From IMG/VR virus record IMGVR_UViG_3300037466_003648, positions 32,001 through 96,000 of that record: a stretch of 64,000 nt of DNA; one strand, written 5' to 3'. The position numbers and the translations under genes are program-made. This DNA comes from a virus (taxonomy: Duplodnaviria > Caudoviricetes). How positions within the stretch are numbered: position 1 is the stretch's first letter; the number at the start of each line of letters is the position of its first letter. Below, piece by piece: positions 53,320-59,815 of this stretch. The notes under the pieces are model-generated. The model made no database searches and was not told where the DNA came from. It worked only from the letters and a program-made list of their open reading frames with translations.

Positions 53320-53401
53320 GGGGGTATAAGGGCTGTCGATTCGGTGAAAGCCCCATGCGGGAACGCCGAAGACCTGGGTTCAATTCCCAGTACCTCCACC
53401 A
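53320..53401 (+). ncRNA. ssrA-like: tmRNA tRNA-like domain only (no mRNA-like domain), 82 nt
   Basis: GGGGGTA/TACCTCC with G3:U70, A73-CCA; stemless D-loop ending TCGA; helix TTCGGT/GCCGAA; GAC linker; CTGGG-TTCAATT-CCCAG T-arm. Confidence 0.8.
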
Positions 53402-53545
53402 ACGACAGGGGCAACAAGGTGACCTGACCTTCCCCTACGCACCGCTCAAGGCCGTGTGGTTACAGGTGACGCTCGGGAGAGGACACCCGCTGATGGCTTG
53501 CCTCGCGGACACCGGGTGACAGTCGGGAATAGACCGGCACCTTTC
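53402..53545 (+). ncRNA. unassigned structured RNA downstream of mini-tmRNA
   Basis: AGGGG/CCCCT and AAGGT/ACCTT hairpin; 3' GGTG-GTC-GGGAATA-GAC-CACC hairpin. Confidence 0.35.
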
Positions 53546-53547
53546 AC

Positions 53548-53619
53548 GCCCGTTCAGCTCGTCGGTCGAGCATCTCCTTGACATGGAGAAGGCGGCTGGT
53601 TCAACTCCAGCAACGGGCT
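53548..53619 (+). tRNA. tRNA-Val (GAC)
   Basis: TCTCC-TTGACAT-GGAGA. Confidence 0.88.
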
Positions 53620-53625
53620 CTACAC

Positions 53626-53701
53626 GCCGTGACAGTCTGACTGGACAGATCTCTGGCCTTCATCCAGAGGGAAGCGGGTTCGAGTCCCGCACGCGGCACC
53701 A
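53626..53701 (+). tRNA. tRNA-Glu (TTC), C33 variant
   Basis: TCTGG-CCTTCAT-CCAGA; encoded CCA. Confidence 0.75.
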
Positions 53702-53713
53702 TCAACAAATCAT

Positions 53714-53788
53714 GCCCCGGCAGACTGCTCGGCAGGGTCGCCAGGTTCTCAACCTGGAGGTAGGTGGGTTCGAATCCCCCGCGGGGTG
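53714..53788 (+). tRNA. tRNA-Glu (CTC)
   Basis: CCAGG-TTCTCAA-CCTGG. Confidence 0.8.
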
Positions 53789-53793
53789 CCTTA

Positions 53794-53924
53794 GTCCTAC
53801 GTTAGCTTCAAGCCGTATCGAGAGGTGCGGACACCGCCTGGGTGACCAGGATAGTCGGTGGGTTAGAGCGACCCAGGATTCTGTGCCTGGGGAGGTTGTC
53901 GGTTCGAGTCCGGGGCGTAGGATA
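53794..53924 (+). ncRNA. tRNA-like RNA with 57-nt branched D-loop and 8-nt anticodon loop
   Basis: GTCCTACG/CGTAGGAT acceptor; GCTT/GAGC D-stem; CCCAGG-ATTCTGTG-CCTGGG; TTCGAGT T-loop. Confidence 0.7.
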
Positions 53925-53929
53925 CTAAC

Positions 53930-53996
53930 GGGAGATGGCAGATCCTTCCGATAGGCTGCAGGGCGGGCAACCGCCGTAAGTGCAAAACTGCCACCC
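53930..53996 (+). ncRNA. unassigned small structured RNA
   Basis: TGGCAG/CTGCCA, TGCA/TGCA, GGCGG-GCAA-CCGCC. Confidence 0.4.
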
Positions 53997-54002
53997 TTCA
54001 AT

Positions 54003-54075
54003 GCGGTAGTAGCTCAGTTGGCAGAGCGCGTGCCTTCCAAGCATGATGTCGCAGGTTCGAAGCCTGTCTACCGCA
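54003..54075 (+). tRNA. tRNA-Gly (TCC)
   Basis: CGTGC-CTTCCAA-GCATG. Confidence 0.9.
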
Positions 54076-54104
54076 CCTGGTCGTAGCAAGAGAAGGAGAT
54101 CGCC

Positions 54105-54266
54105 ATGGCACATTACAAGCGGAAGAAGCAGAAGGAACGGGTTCGTCGGACCAGCGGCTACGACACGGAGAAGGTCCGAGCCTCTTACCACGGATGGCAC
54201 GCCTTGCTGCCTGCCATCCGTCTGCAGATGATCAAGGTCAAGGAAGAGCTGCGCGACGCAGCGTAA
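54105..54266 (+). CDS. small basic protein (53 aa) inside tRNA array
   Basis: GAAGGAG RBS; MAHYKRKKQKERVRR... Confidence 0.65.
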   Translation: MAHYKRKKQKERVRRTSGYDTEKVRASYHGWHALLPAIRLQMIKVKEELRDAA

Positions 54267-54271
54267 GTTAT

Positions 54272-54411
54272 GGCCGGGTAGCTCAAGAGTAGAGCGCGAG
54301 CCTGATAAGCTCGTCTTCGTTGCGTAGTGGACACTGATCAACCACGGTAGCAACGAAGCGGTTGGAGGTCGCTCCTTCAACTGATGCCGGTGACGACTCC
54401 GGCCCTGGCCG
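54272..54411 (+). tRNA. tRNA-Ile(GAT)-like with 72-nt two-hairpin variable region
   Basis: CGAGC-CTGATAA-GCTCG; insert 54314-54385; 8-nt T-loop; G73. Confidence 0.7.
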
Positions 54412-54426
54412 CCCTTCACAACATCT

Positions 54427-54499
54427 GGGCCTGTAGCTCCAATGGTAGAGCAGCTCCTTTGCAAGGAAAGGGTTGGCGGTTCGAGTCCGCCCAGGTCCA
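54427..54499 (+). tRNA. tRNA-Ala (TGC)
   Basis: TTTGCAA loop; G3:U70; A73. Confidence 0.9.
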
Positions 54500-54501
54500 C
54501 T

Positions 54502-54607
54502 GGTTCTCACGACGTCCCGTGAACCTTGTTCGAACTGTTGCAACAGTTCGAACAAGGGTAGATGACAGGGATCAAAGCGCTGAAAGGTAAGCCGCGTCGT
54601 GAGAACC
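54502..54607 (+). repeat. element bounded by 13-bp inverted repeats, containing a perfect 34-bp palindrome (54524-54557)
   Basis: GGTTCTCACGACG/CGTCGTGAGAACC; CCTTGTTCGAACTGTTGCAACAGTTCGAACAAGG. Confidence 0.85.
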
Positions 54608-54613
54608 GCCCTT

Positions 54614-54686
54614 GGTCGGGTAGCTCCAACGGTAGAGCAGGCGCCTGAAAAGTGCCGTGTTGTCGGTTCGAGTCCGACCCCGACCA
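54614..54686 (+). tRNA. tRNA-Phe (GAA)
   Basis: GGCGC-CTGAAAA-GTGCC. Confidence 0.9.
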
Positions 54687-54703
54687 CTCTTTTGATCCAG
54701 GGG

Positions 54704-54733
54704 TTGACAGATCCCATCTATGTGTGTTAGGGT
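54704..54733 (+). promoter_or_regulatory. internal sigma70-type promoter in tRNA array
   Basis: TTGACA-18-TAGGGT with TG. Confidence 0.65.
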
Positions 54734-54742
54734 TGTCCAACT

Positions 54743-54850
54743 ATGAACGCCGTGATCGCCAACTTGCTGTTGCTAGCCCTGCCGGTTGCAGGGTATCGAC
54801 GCTGGCGACATTCTTCTTGCGGCGGTCGACTTACCCTGCATCTGGCGTAA
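54743..54850 (+). CDS. possible leaderless 35-aa hydrophobic peptide (or structured RNA)
   Basis: MNAVIANLLLLALPVAGYRRWRH...; ATG at predicted TSS; also a strong hairpin. Confidence 0.35.
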   Translation: MNAVIANLLLLALPVAGYRRWRHSSCGGRLTLHLA

Positions 54851-54867
54851 CCTCTTCACTCCTTTCT

Positions 54868-54950
54868 CGGGACGTGGCGAAATGGCAGATGCGCCTGGCT
54901 CAGAACCAGGTGGGCGAAAGCCCGTGGGAGTTCGACTCTCCCCGTCCCGA
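54868..54950 (+). tRNA. tRNA-Leu (CAG)
   Basis: CCTGG-CTCAGAA-CCAGG; V-arm. Confidence 0.9.
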
Positions 54951-54954
54951 CTCT

Positions 54955-55037
54955 GCGGATGTGGCGTAATGGCAGATGCGCACGCCTGAGTAGCGTGTGA
55001 GCGTAAGCTCGTGTGAGTTCGAGTCTCACCGTCCGCA
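54955..55037 (+). tRNA. tRNA-Leu (GAG)
   Basis: CACGC-CTGAGTA-GCGTG; V-arm. Confidence 0.9.
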
Positions 55038-55043
55038 CTACAA

Positions 55044-55126
55044 GTCGGGATGATGAAATGGCAGCCTTGGTGGTCTCAAAAACCGCTGTCCGTAAGGACG
55101 TGGGGGTTCGACTCCCCCTCCCGGCA
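55044..55126 (+). tRNA. tRNA-Leu (CAA)
   Basis: GTGGT-CTCAAAA-ACCGC; V-arm. Confidence 0.9.
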
Positions 55127-55149
55127 CTCTTCCAGTACCTTGACAATCT

Positions 55150-55224
55150 GTGCCCGCAGCTCGATGGACGAGCACTCCCCTCCGAAGGGAGCGGTTGCGC
55201 GTTCGAGTCGCGCCGGGCACGCCA
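55150..55224 (+). tRNA. tRNA-Arg (CCG)
   Basis: CTCCC-CTCCGAA-GGGAG; encoded CCA. Confidence 0.9.
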
Positions 55225-55225
55225 T

Positions 55226-55298
55226 GTGCGTGTAGTTCAAACGGAAGAACGTCGGCCTCCTAAGCTGACGGTTGCTGGTTCGAGTCCAGCCGCGCACT
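55226..55298 (+). tRNA. tRNA-Arg (CCT)
   Basis: TCGGC-CTCCTAA-GCTGA. Confidence 0.9.
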
Positions 55299-55302
55299 CT
55301 AA

Positions 55303-55375
55303 GCCCGCATAGCTCAATTGGACAGAGCACTGGTCTACGAAGCCGGGGACGTAGGTTCGACTCCTACTGTGGGTG
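55303..55375 (+). tRNA. tRNA-Arg (ACG)
   Basis: CTGGT-CTACGAA-GCCGG. Confidence 0.9.
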
Positions 55376-55379
55376 CTGT

Positions 55380-55451
55380 GGTGACTGTAGGCTAACGGTA
55401 AGCCGCCTGATTGTGGATCAGGTGATGCGGGTTCGATCCCCGTCAGTCACA
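55380..55451 (+). tRNA. tRNA-His (GTG)
   Basis: CCTGA-TTGTGGA-TCAGG; G at -1. Confidence 0.88.
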
Positions 55452-55456
55452 CCTAT

Positions 55457-55537
55457 GCCAGTATGGGTGAGTAGCAATACCGGCTGCCTGTAAAGCAGCT
55501 CCCTCTGGGTTCCCTGGTGCAAGTCCAGGTGCTGGCA
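55457..55537 (+). tRNA. tRNA-Tyr (GTA)
   Basis: GCTGC-CTGTAAA-GCAGC; V-arm. Confidence 0.88.
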
Positions 55538-55543
55538 CTCCAT

Positions 55544-55614
55544 CTACCGGTAGCCAAGTAGTAAGGTAGCGGTCTGCAAAACCGCCAGCGTGGGTGCGAT
55601 TCCCACCCGGTAGT
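55544..55614 (+). tRNA. tRNA-Cys (GCA)
   Basis: GCGGT-CTGCAAA-ACCGC; U73. Confidence 0.9.
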
Positions 55615-55618
55615 CTCT

Positions 55619-55690
55619 GCGTCGTAAAGATTACGGTAGTCGGCTGGTCTCCAAAACCAGCAGCGGTGGGTTCGACTCCCCCACGATGCG
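55619..55690 (+). tRNA. tRNA-Trp (CCA)
   Basis: CTGGT-CTCCAAA-ACCAG; G73. Confidence 0.9.
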
Positions 55691-55697
55691 CTCTCTT

Positions 55698-55781
55698 GGT
55701 TGGTAGGGTTCAGTGGTGAGCACCACCGTCGGAAGCGGTGGCCGGGTGTCACAGCCTTCGGTTCGACTCCGATGCCAACCG
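55698..55781 (+). tRNA. tRNA-Ser (GGA), C33 variant
   Basis: CACCG-TCGGAAG-CGGTG; V-arm; G73. Confidence 0.8.
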
Positions 55782-55791
55782 CCTCATCCCC

Positions 55792-55821
55792 TTGCACAAG
55801 CTCCTATGGATCGGGTACAGT
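55792..55821 (+). promoter_or_regulatory. sigma70-type promoter
   Basis: TTGCAC-18-TACAGT. Confidence 0.5.
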
Positions 55822-55849
55822 AGTGCCATAATCCATAGGAGCTTTTGCT

Positions 55850-56155
55850 ATGTCAACACTCAGTCCCGAAGTCCAACGCGTGATGCGCAAGATTGCAACC
55901 GACTTGGCGATCGCCGCCCAGGCGTTCAGCAAGCCAGCCGATCCTAAGGTTACCCGCGAGACGTACGCCCTGATGTACTTCCGCTACCATTTCCCGGAGA
56001 TCACCCTGCAGGACATTCGTGATCCGCGAGTGACCCTCACCGACAGTACCATCTCGTACGACAGCGACTGGCTCAACGAGCTGCGCGTGCGTCACGGGAT
56101 GCCGCCGTTCGAGTTCCAGCCACCTGCTGTGTGGGCGGAGTTCAAAGTCAACTAG
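55850..56155 (+). CDS. hypothetical protein
   Basis: AGGAG RBS. Confidence 0.7.
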   Translation: MSTLSPEVQRVMRKIATDLAIAAQAFSKPADPKVTRETYALMYFRYHFPEITLQDIRDPRVTLTDSTISYDSDWLNELRVRHGMPPFEFQPPAVWAEFKVN

Positions 56156-56163
56156 GAGGACCC

Positions 56164-56508
56164 ATGGACATCGGCGGGTATAGCCACCCCAAAGCTCGCA
56201 AGCAGCACGTCTGCTACATCTGTAGCACGTTCATCGAGGTGGGTGAGACCTACACCCGCTGTAAAGGTCTCTGGCAGGGTGAGTGGCAGAACTGGTGTGC
56301 CCACAAGATCTGTCTTGCCATCGAAGATGCCAGCCGCGACTGTTGCGACGACGAGTTGTCCCAGTTGGGGTGGTCGGAGTTGGTCGAGCTGTGTACCACG
56401 GAAGCCCATCTCTGCACCTTCCTCGAACGTTTCCCTCCCGAAGATGAGGAGCAAGCCAAGCTCGCTCACTTCCAAGCCAAGCATTTAGGAGCACGTCAGC
56501 ATGCCTAG
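56164..56508 (+). CDS. hypothetical protein (KARK-H-C-IC phage family-like)
   Basis: AGGAGG RBS; ARKQHVCYIC...I-VGETY. Confidence 0.7.
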   Translation: MDIGGYSHPKARKQHVCYICSTFIEVGETYTRCKGLWQGEWQNWCAHKICLAIEDASRDCCDDELSQLGWSELVELCTTEAHLCTFLERFPPEDEEQAKLAHFQAKHLGARQHA

Positions 56509-56932
56509 CGCCCTTCTCCCCATCAAGAACGACTACCACATCATGGGTCTGCGGGGCATCTTCCGCACCGAGATCAAGTTCGAGGAGAACCACGTCAACC
56601 TCACGATCAACAACGTCGAGGTCCAGCTGGCGCATCAAGGGCTGCAGGACATGCGCGCCATGGAGATGCGCTACCAGCTCGTGCGTGCCATCCACCAGAA
56701 CCAGGAGTTCACGATGTGCTACACGACGCCGGGCACCAAGAAGGTGGCCTCCACGGATGTCGTCGTGCGCGTGCTGCCCATCAAGCTCGGCTTCATCGAG
56801 ACGCCGCTTGCCAAGGCCAAGTCCTGGGTGCTGACTGCCTCCGTGGACGGCAAGGAGCAGGACTTCCTGGTGGAGAACATCCGGGGCACCTGGAACTACC
56901 TGATGCACGTCAAGCAGGAGGCCACCGCGTGA
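56501..56932 (+). CDS. hypothetical protein
   Basis: AGGAG RBS; strong GC3 bias. Confidence 0.7.
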   Translation: MPSALLPIKNDYHIMGLRGIFRTEIKFEENHVNLTINNVEVQLAHQGLQDMRAMEMRYQLVRAIHQNQEFTMCYTTPGTKKVASTDVVVRVLPIKLGFIETPLAKAKSWVLTASVDGKEQDFLVENIRGTWNYLMHVKQEATA

Positions 56933-57150
56933 CCGGCGCCTGGTGCAAGCACCCGCTCAGCTTGATCGAACACTATGTCCCCGACGCTGGCATGAAGCGC
57001 AAGAAGCTCAAGTCTCTTTGCAAAGAGGCAGAAGCTAACAACTGGCTGCTTGACGAGCAAGGCGCGGCACATTGCCGCGCTTGCGTCGACCTGATCACCA
57101 CCCACTACCAACAGCTCGACGCGCAGGCGTCGGAAAGGACTACCCCATGA
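56929..57150 (+). CDS. hypothetical Zn-binding protein
   Basis: GTGA coupling; CKH...HCRAC. Confidence 0.55.
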   Translation: MTGAWCKHPLSLIEHYVPDAGMKRKKLKSLCKEAEANNWLLDEQGAAHCRACVDLITTHYQQLDAQASERTTP

Positions 57151-57689
57151 GCGACGCGCTCGGCAACATCGACCTCACCGCCCTCGTCCAGATGCTCAAC
57201 AGCTGCGACGAGATCCAGCTGCAGGGCACCCCGCGCCTGAAGATCGAGAAGATCACCTGGAGTTCTGCTGACGGCGAGCCGCGCTTCGTCATCACCGGTC
57301 CCTACTCCAAGGTCGGTAGCGACCTGCGTGCCGTCTGGACCGGCGAGACCTGGCTCTTCCAGGAGGAGGGCTCCTCGCGCCTCAACACCAGCCACGGCAA
57401 GGCGTACGACAGCATCACGGACGCCTACAAGGACGTCGACACTGCCCGCCAGGCGCACCCGCGCTACAAGGCACCCAAGCCGGTTGCCCCGGCGCCGATC
57501 GATGCGGAGAAGCTGGGCGAGATCGGCTACGCGCGCATGGCCGAGGTCGGCCGCACGCTGGGCATCGAAGGCTTCGCCGGCTGGGGCAGCATCTCGCCGG
57601 AGATCCGCGGGATGTGGGCCGAAGTGGCGCGCCAGGTCGTGCAGGCGGAGCGGGACAGCGCGGCTGCTCCTGCACCTGCCAGCGTGTAG
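57147..57689 (+). CDS. hypothetical protein
   Basis: GAAAGGA RBS; ATGA coupling. Confidence 0.7.
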   Translation: MSDALGNIDLTALVQMLNSCDEIQLQGTPRLKIEKITWSSADGEPRFVITGPYSKVGSDLRAVWTGETWLFQEEGSSRLNTSHGKAYDSITDAYKDVDTARQAHPRYKAPKPVAPAPIDAEKLGEIGYARMAEVGRTLGIEGFAGWGSISPEIRGMWAEVARQVVQAERDSAAAPAPASV

Positions 57690-57956
57690 ATGTACTGCCC
57701 TCACTGCAAGCGGGTCGCCCCTCGGGGCGGTCCGCGCTTCTGTCGTTGCTCCGGTGCGCTGGAAGCACGGCGCAAGGAGAGACTCTTGTCAGATCCTCAG
57801 GTGCGCATTGCCGCACTCGAAGCAGCTCTTCGCGAGCTGATCGACATCAAGGCGCTCAAGGACAGTGAGGGCAACGACACCCGCGACTACATCGACCGTG
57901 AAGTCAAGGCGTGGGAGACCGCGCGCCAGCTACTCAAGAAGGAGCACATGCAGTGA
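57690..57956 (+). CDS. hypothetical protein
   Basis: CPHC...CRC; coiled-coil C-terminus. Confidence 0.6.
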   Translation: MYCPHCKRVAPRGGPRFCRCSGALEARRKERLLSDPQVRIAALEAALRELIDIKALKDSEGNDTRDYIDREVKAWETARQLLKKEHMQ

Positions 57957-58384
57957 GTGACAACAAAGACAAGGGCATCTTACCCAAGTACAACGTGAGC
58001 CGTACGGACGGCAAGCCCACTGGCTTCTGCTTCGTCCTCGACGTGTCGCGCGACCCGATCGCGATTGAAGCGCTCTCGGCTTACGCGATGCACGCACGTC
58101 ATGCAGGCTACACCAAGCTCGCTGACGAGTTGGCCGTTCAGGTCTCGGCAGCTCGCGACGCTCATCTCATGGTGACGCTGAAGCAAGATCTGGTCCGTGG
58201 GCAGGAGCTGCTACGAGAGTTGACTGCGGACCTTTTGTTCTTGGAACCCTTGAGCAATCACCCCAACGAGCTGCGTGGGAAGGTCAAGCTGGTGCGCGAC
58301 GTCATTCGCAAGCTGATTGGTCCCGACCCGATCCAATCCAACCAGCTTTTGGTGGAAGCCCAGCGGTACGCGAGCGGGGACTAG
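57953..58384 (+). CDS. hypothetical protein
   Basis: GTGA coupling; KYNVSRTDG...FVLD--RDP-A--AL--YA. Confidence 0.65.
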   Translation: MSDNKDKGILPKYNVSRTDGKPTGFCFVLDVSRDPIAIEALSAYAMHARHAGYTKLADELAVQVSAARDAHLMVTLKQDLVRGQELLRELTADLLFLEPLSNHPNELRGKVKLVRDVIRKLIGPDPIQSNQLLVEAQRYASGD

Positions 58385-58704
58385 GCGTAACTGTCCAACG
58401 AGCACAGCGGCAGGATGGTTCCCGTCCCGCCGCAGTGTGTCGTCTGGTCGCCCGACCGCGCCGCGGCGTAGTCCTCGACGTACAGCACCGGCGACCCCGA
58501 CGAGGGGTAGAAGGTGTTGGGTCCGGCACACGCGGCGTGCGTGCTCTTGTGGTTGGGATTGGTCGTGGCCGTCGCCCGGTCGTTCGTGTAGTCCGACTGC
58601 GCACCCACCTGGATCAACCCCGTCACGGGCACCGGCCAGCCGAAGGGATGGCCGTCGGCCGGACAGAAGACGGCGTCACCGACGCGCGCGATGGGGTTTC
58701 CCAT
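58381..58704 (-). CDS. PAAR-like baseplate spike tip protein
   Basis: IARVGD-V-C, V-VE--AAAR-GD-T-CGG. Confidence 0.8.
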   Translation of the reverse strand: MGNPIARVGDAVFCPADGHPFGWPVPVTGLIQVGAQSDYTNDRATATTNPNHKSTHAACAGPNTFYPSSGSPVLYVEDYAAARSGDQTTHCGGTGTILPLCSLDSYA

Positions 58705-58858
58705 GGTACAGCTCCTTCGGAGGGCTCAGACGCACGAGCATCGGACGCAAGATTCCATCGTCGTGCTTGGGGTTCGACCAGCAGACGCCCAAGTAGGTGG
58801 CGTCGTCCGCCTTCATAACCACGATGGCCTGCAGCGCGGTGTAGTCACTGGTGATCAT
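58676..58858 (-). CDS. hypothetical protein
   Basis: AAGGG RBS before ATG58858. Confidence 0.45.
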   Translation of the reverse strand: MITSDYTALQAIVVMKADDATYLGVCWSNPKHDDGILRPMLVRLSPPKELYHGKPHRARR

Positions 58859-59060
58859 GCAGTTTCCCTTGATAGCGGAATGCCAACCCGCATCCGCACT
58901 CGACGATGCCCCAGTAGTGGTTCTGGAAGTCCTTGAAGGCGGGTCCCTTGAGGCGCCGCACGAGACGACACTTCGGACAGCGCGAGCCATCCGGGGTGGT
59001 CGGAAAGACCAGCTCCCAGAGCCAGTGGCTCAGCGCATCCAGCACCCAACGTCCTGACAT
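58845..59060 (-). CDS. hypothetical Zn-ribbon protein
   Basis: CPKC...CGCG. Confidence 0.55.
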   Translation of the reverse strand: MSGRWVLDALSHWLWELVFPTTPDGSRCPKCRLVRRLKGPAFKDFQNHYWGIVECGCGLAFRYQGKLHDHQ

Positions 59061-59061
59061 C

Positions 59062-59694
59062 TCACCACCCCGTCAGGGACGAGCGAATTGCGTAATCGTA
59101 ATCAATTGTGACATCACTCAAGTCAGCGAGATTAGTCAAGACACGCACGGTACCGTCTTCGTTGATCACGTAGTCATCGCCCAGAACCAACCGGCGTCGA
59201 GACGTCCCTGTGAAGGGATAAGTGTCGCCGTTCATGATGCCCGACGGCTCGATGCCCATCGCGTAGACGTGGACCTCCGGTCCGATGCGGTACTCCCACG
59301 GCAGCGCGCCCAGCGTGCTCGTGATCTTGTTCACGGACGCCGTACCCGCAGGCATCGCGATCGGGGTCAACCCCGTGCGGGTGAAGCTCTGCGTGGTGGT
59401 GACCCCTAGCGTGTCCGTCAGCTCGACGTCGAACGTGTTGGGCAGCTGGTCGGCATCCGTCAGCGCCCAGTCCACGAACCACAACCGCAACGGATAGTCA
59501 CCCGCACTGGGCTTCTTCGCGATGAGATCCACGCTGCTAGGACCGATACGCACGACGTTGAAGGCGAACGCCTCCGTCGCGACGATGTGGGTGACCGCGA
59601 TCACCTTCTTGGTGGTTGTGAAGATGTTGCCCGTCCCTGCGACCGCCGTAAAGCTCTCGATCGCCGCGCCGGGAATTTGGGGAATGTTACTCAC
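59062..59694 (-). CDS. putative virion structural protein (beta-rich)
   Basis: T/G/V-rich; in PAAR operon; GGGAGG RBS. Confidence 0.6.
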   Translation of the reverse strand: MSNIPQIPGAAIESFTAVAGTGNIFTTTKKVIAVTHIVATEAFAFNVVRIGPSSVDLIAKKPSAGDYPLRLWFVDWALTDADQLPNTFDVELTDTLGVTTTQSFTRTGLTPIAMPAGTASVNKITSTLGALPWEYRIGPEVHVYAMGIEPSGIMNGDTYPFTGTSRRRLVLGDDYVINEDGTVRVLTNLADLSDVTIDYDYAIRSSLTGW

Positions 59695-59815
59695 GCTTCC
59701 CTCCCAGTGAGCAGGCGCCCAAGAGCAGCGTCAGCAACAACGAAGCCACCTCGATCATGGTCGGGTTGATCCGGCTCGCCGCGGCCTTCGTCTTGGTCCA
59801 GAGGGTCTTGAACAT
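59687..59815 (-). CDS. 42-aa membrane peptide with LGAC lipobox-like motif
   Basis: MFKTLWTKTKAAASRINPTMIEVASLLLTLLLGACSLGGKRE; GGAGAG upstream. Confidence 0.55.
   Translation of the reverse strand: MFKTLWTKTKAAASRINPTMIEVASLLLTLLLGACSLGGKRE

Noticed and set aside
53320-53545. Circularly permuted two-piece tmRNA
   Set aside because: Permuted genes put the T-arm/CCA piece before the GGGG 5' piece; here the order is standard and no tag frame follows
53657-53663. UGA-suppressor or Sec tRNA (TCA) reading of this loop
   Set aside because: The stem fixes the loop as CCTTCAT with anticodon TTC; no Sec-type long V-arm
54529-54551. LexA (Cheo/actinobacterial) box
   Set aside because: The CGAAC and GTTCG half-sites are 10 nt apart rather than 4
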